Translations under genes and position numbers: made by a program
IMG/VR virus record: IMGVR_UViG_3300023202_000102
Location: 2,700-66,699 of that record
Length of the DNA stretch: 64,000 bases
Reading direction: 5' to 3' (one strand)
Source: a virus
Taxonomy: Duplodnaviria; Heunggongvirae; Uroviricota; Caudoviricetes
Part shown: one piece after another, positions 35,439-43,428 of the stretch
Layout of the letters: each line of letters begins with the position of its first letter
How positions within the stretch are numbered: the stretch's first letter is position 1
Notes under the pieces: generated by a model
Seen by the model: only the letters and a program-made list of their open reading frames with translations
Databases searched by the model: none
Told to the model about the DNA's origin: nothing

Positions 35439-37187
35439 ATGAAAAACAAGAAGGCACTGTGGATTGTTGGCTCTATGATTGCTATGTTACTGGTTGTTTA
35501 TCTATCAGTTCCAAGCATCATTAGGGCCATCATCGCATCAAAAGCGGAGGGTGTTGTCGTCAAAGATATCTCCTGGTCTTTGACATCGTTGACTCTCAAA
35601 AACATTTTCATCGATAGGAAAGAAGCAAAGGGTGCTGTCACCAAGGTTGAGGCTCGGTTCTCATGGGATAGCCTGAAGCCATCTGTAAGTGATATTCAGG
35701 TTCATGGTGGTAAGCTCACGGCCTTTATCTCAAAGCCCTCTGTGAAGCCCGCTGAGGCCAAGGACAAGGCCGAGCACCAAGAGCTGTCGGACAAGCTCAA
35801 AGAGCTGCCTGTATCGATAGTTGAGCTGGATGAGGTCAGTCTTGACCATAACTTTGGCCAGGCTCGGGTTCTGAAGCTGCAATACTTTCGTGACGCCCCC
35901 GTGATTCAAAAGTCAGGATTTGATCGTAAGCCCCTCACGGTTATGGCTGAACAAGTTATTGTAAAGCCCAAGTCTATATTCGGAGAGTTAAGTATTAACA
36001 ATGTAGAGTACTCTTTAGTAACGGAGTACTTGGACATTGGTGTAGTCCAGGGGAGTGTGCTCAACGTTGATCTTCCTGGACTACCAAAGGATGAGCTTGG
36101 GTTTACTCTCAATGAGGCCGAGATTGATCTTGCTCTCAAGACAGTTAACGCTGAACGTGCCACGATTCCTGGAGTTGGTGTTGCGGAGAAGATTACCTTC
36201 CGTGCATTTGATGAACACGCTCCTGCCTTTGCTATTGGCGAGCTACGTTCCGAACACCCTTGGTTCACAACTAACGTAAAGTTCATCTCAGGATCTGTTA
36301 GTTCTAGTGGCGAGTTCTTGATCGATGTTGGAGGGGTAAGAACAGAAGGCAACTACAAGAAGCTCCAAGTAAAAGGTTCGGGTTCCTGCTTTGATTGGAA
36401 CGAAGCTATCATGACAGGTGTGAATGATAGCATCTACAGTCACGCTGTGCATCCCCCTTTGTTTGAAAGTGGCAACATTGAGTTTGAGATTGACCCAACT
36501 AAATTAAAGCTAAGTCTCAAACAGGATTGTAAAGCTAGCTGCTCCAATCCTTTGATGACACAGCTGCGTCGAAGGAAGGGTAATGGGCCATCACATCTCA
36601 AAGGCCATGACGGGTTTGCTCATCTCACCTACACACCCGATGGTAAACCATCTAAGATGCGCAGCACTGGTAGGGGACATGTAAGATGGGCGTCTCTATC
36701 GCTCATGTCTCCACAAGTAAGGAATGCTTTTATTACGCTGGAGGACCCTACTTTCAATATACATGACGGCATTGTCATGGCTTCTGTTATTGCCTCGTTC
36801 AAGCAGAACATCAAGCTGGGTAAGTTTCATGTTGGTGGATCAACAATCACACAGCAACTTGCAAAAAACATCTGGCTCACCCGAGATAAAAATATTGTCC
36901 GTAAAGCTAAGGAAGCTTTGCTTGCCTGGGCATTAGAGGATTGCTTTTCCAAGGATGAGATCCTCGAACTGTATCTCAACGTGGTTGAGTTTGGTCCTAA
37001 TGTGTACGGTATCTATGATGGTGCGCAGTATCGGTTCGATAAATCATTCGTTGATCTTACCGAAGAGGAAGCTTTTTATCTCGCCAGTATTTTGCCACAA
37101 CCCAACTCTGCTCAACCTCCTGGTGATCTGTCTAGGACACAGAAGTTGATGACTAAGGTTGCTATTTTATTCGAAGATAATGAATAG
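35439..37187 (+). CDS. Membrane-anchored protein with a C-terminal GT51 peptidoglycan glycosyltransferase (MtgA / PBP transglycosylase) domain
   Basis: N-terminal TM 'LWIVGSMIAMLLVVYLSV'. C-terminal 'ITLEDPTFNIHDG', 'GGSTITQQLAKNIWL', 'EALLAWALEDCFSKDEILELYLNVVEFGPNVYGI', 'LTEEEAFYLASILPQPN' match all GT51 signature blocks. Confidence 0.8.
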   Translation: MKNKKALWIVGSMIAMLLVVYLSVPSIIRAIIASKAEGVVVKDISWSLTSLTLKNIFIDRKEAKGAVTKVEARFSWDSLKPSVSDIQVHGGKLTAFISKPSVKPAEAKDKAEHQELSDKLKELPVSIVELDEVSLDHNFGQARVLKLQYFRDAPVIQKSGFDRKPLTVMAEQVIVKPKSIFGELSINNVEYSLVTEYLDIGVVQGSVLNVDLPGLPKDELGFTLNEAEIDLALKTVNAERATIPGVGVAEKITFRAFDEHAPAFAIGELRSEHPWFTTNVKFISGSVSSSGEFLIDVGGVRTEGNYKKLQVKGSGSCFDWNEAIMTGVNDSIYSHAVHPPLFESGNIEFEIDPTKLKLSLKQDCKASCSNPLMTQLRRRKGNGPSHLKGHDGFAHLTYTPDGKPSKMRSTGRGHVRWASLSLMSPQVRNAFITLEDPTFNIHDGIVMASVIASFKQNIKLGKFHVGGSTITQQLAKNIWLTRDKNIVRKAKEALLAWALEDCFSKDEILELYLNVVEFGPNVYGIYDGAQYRFDKSFVDLTEEEAFYLASILPQPNSAQPPGDLSRTQKLMTKVAILFEDNE

Positions 37188-37334
37188 GGCAGGATACATA
37201 GTACTTCTCATCGCTTTGTTGATGGGTTTGTGGACGTTTAGTTACACAGGAATTTTCATGTTGTACCGCTTCGGACTTTTGCTTGGCGGGTTCGCCACTG
37301 GGTTTTTGGTGCACAAGATATTCTTTTCAAGGTA
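37182..37334 (+). CDS. Tiny membrane protein (50 aa) overlapping the GT51 stop
   Basis: MNRAGYIVLLIALLMGLWTFSYTGIFMLYRFGLLLGGFATGFLVHKIFFSR; below the track cutoff. Confidence 0.3.
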
Positions 37335-37385
37335 ATTGTGTTTAAGGAAATGATATGACTGATAAAGCAAAACAAACAGAGCAAG

Positions 37386-37904
37386 TTGTTGAACAGGTGC
37401 AACAGGCGCAGAAGACTTGGCCTGATGTTGCTGACAAAACTGTTGACAAAGTCTCTGACATGGTTGTTGCTATTAGAGACACTCTCACAAGCTCCTCAGG
37501 TATGGAATGGTCTGGTTAAGTACCACCAGACCATAGCCATTACTGAACTCATTACCGATCTTGCTATTATCAGTATCATCTTGGCCTTAATGTTCGGCGC
37601 ACGGAATATTATCAAGAAGGGTGATGAACGTCAAAAGGTCTATGATGAGATCTGGGATGACTACAAAGAAAGACTAGCTGCTGCCAAAAAAGAAGCAGAT
37701 GATACTGGCGTGCCAGCTCACAATGTAAGCGTTGATCGAAATACCTGTGAAGATGGTTTGGGCTATCACATTGGTGGATGGCTTCTGTTTGTAGCCATGA
37801 CTGTACTGTTTATGTTTAGGCTGAATGCTCTTAATGATTCAGTAGCTAAAATAATGGTTCCTGAACGAGCTGCTGCTTACGAGATTATCAAGTCTGTTCG
37901 CTAA
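37386..37904 (+). CDS. Membrane protein, start uncertain
   Basis: The track ORF N-terminus (RRRRLG...) looks out-of-frame; the credible part is 'TDLAIISIILALMFG...GWLLFVAMTVLFMF'. A separate 54-aa ORF (37355..37519) overlaps in another frame. Confidence 0.35.
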   Translation: MLNRCNRRRRLGLMLLTKLLTKSLTWLLLLETLSQAPQVWNGLVKYHQTIAITELITDLAIISIILALMFGARNIIKKGDERQKVYDEIWDDYKERLAAAKKEADDTGVPAHNVSVDRNTCEDGLGYHIGGWLLFVAMTVLFMFRLNALNDSVAKIMVPERAAAYEIIKSVR

Positions 37905-38152
37905 GGTAGAAGTTCAAGGATGTCAGAGTCATGAAGCTCGGTAACATCAGAGGGGTCGTACAACAAGAATCCTTTCTCAAATTTTGTTAACTGATTTGTT
38001 TTCTTGATGATGGTTATCAAATCATCTTTTCCAGTCACCTTTATATGACTTGTCATAATTCTGACAATTAATCCTCCCTCAGGGAAAAGTAAAAGCAGCT
38101 TGTCCGCTATCTTTTTTAGGAAAAACAAGTCAACATTCATAACAATATACAA
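37901..38152 (-). CDS. Small hypothetical protein on the minus strand
   Basis: 83 aa ORF in a gap on the plus strand. Confidence 0.3.
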   Translation of the reverse strand: MYIVMNVDLFFLKKIADKLLLLFPEGGLIVRIMTSHIKVTGKDDLITIIKKTNQLTKFEKGFLLYDPSDVTELHDSDILELLP

Positions 38153-38156
38153 AACT

Positions 38157-38954
38157 ATGTGTACTCTATCTGTAGCCTTCTATCCAAGAACTCCTCGGCC
38201 ATTTACTATTGTCGCTAATAGAGATGAAAATCCTGAGCGTCCATCTGAACCCTGGGGGTGGAGAAATTTTGGCGCTATTAATGGGTATATGGGTGGGGCC
38301 GGAGAGATGGTAAGAATATTTTCTCCTCTTGATGTTCTTGGTGGTACTTGGATTGGTGTAAATGACAGGGGTATGTTCTGCGCCATTACTAATTGGGATA
38401 TCGATCTTGATTGGGAAAGGCCAGCAGAAGGGTTCATATCAAGGGGTTATTTTGTTAACGACACACTGAGATGTACGTCTGTTTCTAACGCTAAGAATAT
38501 GTGGAACAAGCTTGACCATAAAAAATACAAACCATTCAATGCGATCTTTGGGTGGGTATCGAAAGAAGGATATACATCTGCCTGGTCAATTACCAATGAC
38601 ACTCAAAGTATAGTTTGTAAACGCCTGAATGCTGGTCTTCACATCTCCACTGGTGAGGGGTTAAATGTTTCAACAAATGAGCGTGATAAATACATTCGTA
38701 AAAGCATTAGGTTTGAAAGTTGGGAACAGCCTATTGATGTGGATGATCTGAAGGGCGTTCTAAAATCTCATCATATGGGTATCGGTGATGATAGGTCTGT
38801 GTGTCAGCATGACGAATCTCATAAATGGGAAACCAGATCACAATCAAGCATCATAATAATGCAAAGCACCATTTTAGTGGGTCATGTTGATGGTCACCCA
38901 TGTGAAGCTCAAGAGAAGGATTGGACACATGAAAGTCTTAGTGACGGCAGGTAG
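38157..38954 (+). CDS. NRDE/TANGO2-family protein
   Basis: Starts MCTLSV (the family's N-terminal Met-Cys) and carries the eponymous 'IVANRDENPERPS' motif. Confidence 0.5.
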   Translation: MCTLSVAFYPRTPRPFTIVANRDENPERPSEPWGWRNFGAINGYMGGAGEMVRIFSPLDVLGGTWIGVNDRGMFCAITNWDIDLDWERPAEGFISRGYFVNDTLRCTSVSNAKNMWNKLDHKKYKPFNAIFGWVSKEGYTSAWSITNDTQSIVCKRLNAGLHISTGEGLNVSTNERDKYIRKSIRFESWEQPIDVDDLKGVLKSHHMGIGDDRSVCQHDESHKWETRSQSSIIIMQSTILVGHVDGHPCEAQEKDWTHESLSDGR

Positions 38955-39630
38955 TACACAAACACCCATTGATAAGGTTCGGTGTATCTCTAACATCTTC
39001 AAAGGAAGTACTGGGTTTAATATTGCTAAGGCAATTGGTTACGCTGGAAACGAGGTTGTTCTGATTGCAAACAAAAAAGTTCTGTATGAATACCTCGGTG
39101 ATCTTCCAAACCGCTTTGACATACATACATATAAAACGTATGATGAACTTGCTGAATTAATGGCTAGACTAATTCCTGATGGAGAGTTTGATGCCATCAT
39201 TCATTCAGCAGCTGTGTCTGATTACAAAGCAACAGACGTAATGGTTGGTGAAAAGGTTACTATTGATGGGGTAACCAAACCGGTATACATGAAGTCTGTC
39301 ATGAAGGGTAAGGTTAAATCTGACCACGATGAATTGTACATCAAGCTTGAACGTACAGAGAAGCTTATAGATAAAATTAGAACTGAGTGGGGCTTCGAAG
39401 GAAAGCTCATCAAGTTCAAGCTTGAGGTAGATGTCACAGACGAAGAGTTGCTTTCCATCGCAAAGTCCAGTCGAGAGCACTCCGGCGCGGACTATATTGT
39501 TGCAAACGCTCTTGACACTTTCAAGGATTGGGACACGCCAAGTATGTTCATCCTTGGTAATGAACTGCAAGAAAAGACATCTCGTAGAGAGCTGCCAATG
39601 AAACTGCACAAACTTCTTGAAAAGAAATGA
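38929..39630 (+). CDS. coaB: Phosphopantothenate-cysteine ligase (CoaB domain, stand-alone)
   Basis: 'MKVLVTAGSTQTPIDKVRCISNIFKGSTGFNIAKA' (compare [29 protein letters not shown]), 'SAAVSDYKA', 'IVANAL'. Confidence 0.75.
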   Translation: MKVLVTAGSTQTPIDKVRCISNIFKGSTGFNIAKAIGYAGNEVVLIANKKVLYEYLGDLPNRFDIHTYKTYDELAELMARLIPDGEFDAIIHSAAVSDYKATDVMVGEKVTIDGVTKPVYMKSVMKGKVKSDHDELYIKLERTEKLIDKIRTEWGFEGKLIKFKLEVDVTDEELLSIAKSSREHSGADYIVANALDTFKDWDTPSMFILGNELQEKTSRRELPMKLHKLLEKK

Positions 39631-40244
39631 CAAACATTGTACTAGGTGTTTCTGGATCGATTGCCAGCATCATGACTCCAGAGATTGTAAAAGCTCTGAG
39701 ACCTATTGGTAATGTGAAGGTTGTACTGACAAAGTCTGCGCTCACTCTCATGCAAAAAGCTCCTGAGAAATTGCAGCATGAGATGGCCACATCTCTAGAA
39801 GAGCAAGACCTGTATGATGATCATGTTGAGTGGAAGTGGAAGAGGCTGGGTGATCCTATTCAGCATGTTGAGTTAAAGAAGTGGGGAGATGTTCTTGTTA
39901 TGGCTCCGCTTAGTGCTAATACATTGGCCAAGATGGCGGCCGGAATGTGTGATAATCTTTTGACTTCTGTGTACAGGGCCTGGCAAAGGAACAAGCCGAT
40001 TGTACTAGCTCCAGCAATGAACACAGATATGTGGGAACATCCCGTCACCGAAGAGAGCTTGTACAGACTTAGAAGCAGACATCACATTACAGTGCAAGAT
40101 GATGGGGTTTATCGATACTATGATAAGCTTAAAATTGTTAACCCTATCGTAAAGAAACTTGCGTGTGGAGATACTGGTACTGGTGCTTTGGCTAATGCAG
40201 AAGATATAGCCGGGGTTGTGAGGGAGGTTGTGAGTGCCCGTTAG
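39627..40244 (+). CDS. coaC: Phosphopantothenoylcysteine decarboxylase flavoprotein (CoaC domain)
   Basis: 'IVLGVSGSIASIMTPEIVKAL', 'VLVMAPLSANTLAKMAAGMCDNLLTSV', 'ACGDTGTGAL' match the CoaC/Dfp N-domain. Confidence 0.75.
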   Translation: MTNIVLGVSGSIASIMTPEIVKALRPIGNVKVVLTKSALTLMQKAPEKLQHEMATSLEEQDLYDDHVEWKWKRLGDPIQHVELKKWGDVLVMAPLSANTLAKMAAGMCDNLLTSVYRAWQRNKPIVLAPAMNTDMWEHPVTEESLYRLRSRHHITVQDDGVYRYYDKLKIVNPIVKKLACGDTGTGALANAEDIAGVVREVVSAR

Positions 40245-40653
40245 TACAGATGCAATATTGTTTTATGGGATTACATCCCAGGATGATGCAGATTCACCGG
40301 CAGAAGTTTGTCGTAGGTTGGATCTAATTACAGATGAAGAAGCTTTCGAAAAAGAAGGTGGTTCTTATGAAGAAACTCTCAAAGATTACCTCAAGCCAAA
40401 AGGTTTGGATTTCGGGATTCATGGTTCTAACAGCGCTGGGATTGTATACATATTCCCGTTGGATGAAAAAGAAGAAGCCAACCGATACTGCATTGTATCA
40501 GTTCGCGGATACTTCAACGAAATAGATTCATTAAAGCTTGGTAACTTAGCTAAAATATTATCACCAAAGATCATAAAGGCAATGAATGAAATTGCTCAAG
40601 AGCTTGGTTACTGGGCACCTTCTTGGAAGTTAGTAAGTTACTGGGAAGTATAA
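40234..40653 (+). CDS. Hypothetical protein
   Basis: 139 aa ORF. Confidence 0.45.
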   Translation: MPVSTDAILFYGITSQDDADSPAEVCRRLDLITDEEAFEKEGGSYEETLKDYLKPKGLDFGIHGSNSAGIVYIFPLDEKEEANRYCIVSVRGYFNEIDSLKLGNLAKILSPKIIKAMNEIAQELGYWAPSWKLVSYWEV

Positions 40654-40654
40654 T

Positions 40655-41170
40655 ATGATTTATATAGAAGATGAATACTCATACAATGGAACAGTACAAA
40701 TAGTAACATCATTGTATCGATACTACACAGACAAAGATGGAAAATACATTAGCGATCCTTCCGGTTCTAAAATACAAAATGGCGAGCTAATCCCACAGGA
40801 TCTTGCCTTTGGGTATGACTCAATCAACCAGGATTATGTCGCACTAAATACAGAGGCATGTGATAAGATTAAAGATCTTGCAGAAGGTCTTGATGATAAG
40901 ATATTCAATAAGTCCTTCAAAATAAAGAAGGTGTACGGTGAGCTTGAAATTTCTTCTATGATGAATGTTGATGATCAACCAGAGCAGAAGATTGACAACA
41001 AGCATTTCAAAAAGCTTGCCATGCAATATCTGAACGTGTCTGAGTTAGATATGAGAGCGGCAACTCCAATTGAAAAGAAACCCAAACCAATACAAAGCAT
41101 TCGTTTTAGTACCTCTTCATCAACAACACTTAATTATGTGACTTTTACATATGGAACGAATCAAAATTGA
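40655..41170 (+). CDS. Hypothetical protein
   Basis: 171 aa ORF. Confidence 0.45.
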   Translation: MIYIEDEYSYNGTVQIVTSLYRYYTDKDGKYISDPSGSKIQNGELIPQDLAFGYDSINQDYVALNTEACDKIKDLAEGLDDKIFNKSFKIKKVYGELEISSMMNVDDQPEQKIDNKHFKKLAMQYLNVSELDMRAATPIEKKPKPIQSIRFSTSSSTTLNYVTFTYGTNQN

Positions 41171-41408
41171 TGCCGAATCTCAATGGAAAGACAAACCATG
41201 TTGCTATTGTGCATCTGCAATGGCAATTGGTGACCGTGGTCTTGTGATTCCATTCTCAAAAGGAACTCCTGAAAAACCTGAGTGTTTATTAGAGCCTTGG
41301 CATGTAAACTGTTTCCTTCATTCTTGTGGTATCGATAAAAAACTTTCCGATGGTGGACCACAAGACCCAGAGAAAACATTTTTAGATAGAAACTCCAATG
41401 AAGATTAA
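41151..41408 (+). CDS. Small Cys-containing hypothetical protein
   Basis: 85 aa; CCYCAS...C..C. Confidence 0.4.
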   Translation: MERIKIDAESQWKDKPCCYCASAMAIGDRGLVIPFSKGTPEKPECLLEPWHVNCFLHSCGIDKKLSDGGPQDPEKTFLDRNSNED

Positions 41409-41673
41409 ACCAATATTTGCATGGTACGATCTGTGGATTGGTTTCTTTTGGGATCAGCACAAGCGCAAGCTGTACTTCTTTCCAGTACCATGTCTTGGTC
41501 TTGTCTTTGAGTTCAAGAAAAAAGAACTCTCAGATTCGTACAGTCATCTAAAAGCAATTGGAAACCCAAAGCTAAAACCAGTCAAGCTTTCTGAAGAGTA
41601 CAAGAAGACTAAGGGAAATGTTCACGATGCATATTCACAAGTGCAAAAAGGCGCAATGAAAAAAAGATCTTGA
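41398..41673 (+). CDS. Hypothetical protein
   Basis: 91 aa ORF. Confidence 0.4.
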   Translation: MKIKPIFAWYDLWIGFFWDQHKRKLYFFPVPCLGLVFEFKKKELSDSYSHLKAIGNPKLKPVKLSEEYKKTKGNVHDAYSQVQKGAMKKRS

Positions 41674-41698
41674 CAAGACTTCATGAGCCATGTACTAT
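41670..41698 (+). promoter_or_regulatory. Sigma70-like promoter TTGACA-17-TACTAT
   Basis: Best match to consensus in the window; followed by AGGAGA Shine-Dalgarno and the ATG at 41716. Confidence 0.45.
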
Positions 41699-41715
41699 GA
41701 CAGGAGATACTAGAG

Positions 41716-41994
41716 ATGCACTTTGAAACACTATGGAACATGGCTGAAAGCCTGGCCAAGTCCTACACAGACCTAGACCGCAAAGAGATTCTAAAGCTAT
41801 GTCGAAGCGGGATGGATGGTCTGGTAGACGGCACCGAACCTCAAGAGTTGCACGAAGCAATGGGAGATGTTCTTCTTGGACTGTGCGCTCTTTCGGCTCA
41901 CTTCGAAGAAAAGAAAGACATCCAAGTGAATTCATTTCTAGCTCTCAAAGATGCGATTGAAAGAAAACGAGCAGAACTATTAGACCCTGAATGA
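41716..41994 (+). CDS. MazG-like nucleotide pyrophosphohydrolase domain protein (tentative)
   Basis: All-helical 92 aa with 'ELHEAMGDVLLGLCALSAHF' resembling the MazG EExxE/D metal helix; weak. Confidence 0.4.
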   Translation: MHFETLWNMAESLAKSYTDLDRKEILKLCRSGMDGLVDGTEPQELHEAMGDVLLGLCALSAHFEEKKDIQVNSFLALKDAIERKRAELLDPE

Positions 41995-42563
41995 AATTCA
42001 TCACTACACTCCTTGCGATCCTTTTCGTTGCCAGCACGGCCCTTGCTGATCAGCGTATCGTTGGCCACATGACACCGCTCGATTCTGAGCGCCTTGCCAA
42101 CCCTGTGACCCTGGACTGTGGCGTAACGCTACAAGAAATCCGTGGTGGGCATCCGGACATTGCCAAGCTCAATGCTTTGTGTACCCATGCCATGTCGAAC
42201 TTCTTTGCATTCGTACAGCACAAAGGGCTCAAGGTGAGCCGCAAAGATAAGTTCAATTGGGATGCTTCCCTTCTTCCTATTGATAATAGGTATCGTTCGC
42301 TCAATGATGAAACGTACCGTTTCCGAAACCGTTTTGTTAAGGGAAACATCATCGGTTACACCGATTACGACACCAGATATATGTTCTCTATGGTAAATGC
42401 GAACCATCGTGAATTCAATACCACGTTTGTTCATGAGTTGTTCCATTCAATGAGCATGTACTATGGCGTTTATGACAATCATCCTGGCCCTCTCTCAGCT
42501 AAAACAAATGCGGATGAGGTGCTCGCCCAAGACTTTACAGAGGCACTCGGATACGGAAGGTAA
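41991..42563 (+). CDS. Secreted HExxH zinc metallopeptidase-like protein
   Basis: Signal peptide 'MKFITTLLAILFVASTALA'; 'FVHELFHSM' HExxH. Confidence 0.5.
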   Translation: MKFITTLLAILFVASTALADQRIVGHMTPLDSERLANPVTLDCGVTLQEIRGGHPDIAKLNALCTHAMSNFFAFVQHKGLKVSRKDKFNWDASLLPIDNRYRSLNDETYRFRNRFVKGNIIGYTDYDTRYMFSMVNANHREFNTTFVHELFHSMSMYYGVYDNHPGPLSAKTNADEVLAQDFTEALGYGR

Positions 42564-42686
42564 TTTCTTCTGCTGCGGTAAGTACGAACCTTATCGCGAG
42601 GGTGGTGAGTATCCCAATGGGGTATTCATTGACCCCTATGTGGACTTGATGGTATCCGGTCCTGACTCAACGCTTTGTAAAAAAGT

Positions 42687-43397
42687 ATGCAAACAATACA
42701 AGTGCCAAGAGGCAAAGAAGTAGTATTTATTGGTGACATCCATGAAAAGGAATGGCACTTCGATGAGATGGTAAGACGTACCGAGATTGGTACAAAAAGG
42801 ATCGGCGTCTTTGTTGGAGACTTTCTCGACAAAGGTGATGGACTTGAGGTAGGTAACTCAATTATTCGTAAGGTTACGACCCTGGCTAGAGACGGCTGGG
42901 CCTATGCAGTCCGTGGAAACCACGAAGCAAAACACATCAGACATTCTGAACGTGAAGGTGAGAAGCTCTCCGATGAACTCAAGTGGTGCCAGGGTCTACC
43001 CCTGGCGTTGTCATTTTTATTCTCTAATCAAAATAGAATCACAGTACTTCATGCCGGAGTCACTCCCAAACATACCTGGGCAGATCTCTCCAGCAATACC
43101 GAGCTGATGTACATCCGAACATTGGATGAAAAGAACAGGCCCATTCCACTCATCTGGGTAGAAGAAGACGGCAATCGTAAGCTCATTCCCAAGGACGAGA
43201 ATGGCGTACAATGGCACGAAAGATATGACGGGCGGTTCGGGTTCATCATATCTGGTCACGATTCTCAGAAGGATGGAGTACCTAAGTTCTACAAGCATTC
43301 CTGCAATCTTGATACAAGATGCTATGAAACCGGCATTTTGACTGGTCAAATCGTATCTGATGGTAAGTTAACAGAACTTGTAACTGTTCAAAAATAG
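42687..43397 (+). CDS. PPP-family (calcineurin-like) Ser/Thr/Tyr metallophosphatase
   Basis: 'VVFIGDIHE', 'GDFLDKGD', 'VRGNHE', 'VLHAGV', 'SGHD' motifs in canonical order. Confidence 0.7.
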   Translation: MQTIQVPRGKEVVFIGDIHEKEWHFDEMVRRTEIGTKRIGVFVGDFLDKGDGLEVGNSIIRKVTTLARDGWAYAVRGNHEAKHIRHSEREGEKLSDELKWCQGLPLALSFLFSNQNRITVLHAGVTPKHTWADLSSNTELMYIRTLDEKNRPIPLIWVEEDGNRKLIPKDENGVQWHERYDGRFGFIISGHDSQKDGVPKFYKHSCNLDTRCYETGILTGQIVSDGKLTELVTVQK

Positions 43398-43428
43398 CCA
43401 GACATTAGGCAATATCTAGCATTTAAAT

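Noticed and set aside
37355-37519. Possible third frameshifted gene (54-aa ORF 37355..37519 plus the out-of-frame start of 37386..37904)
   Set aside because: No homopolymer at the junction and no homology anchor on either side. More likely two separate small genes or an internal start.
42463-42723. ORF 42463..42723 (86 aa, Cys-rich) overlapping the end of the HExxH peptidase gene
   Set aside because: It overlaps the upstream gene by 100 nt in another frame and has no Shine-Dalgarno. A short Cys-rich product from an internal start cannot be excluded but is not supported.
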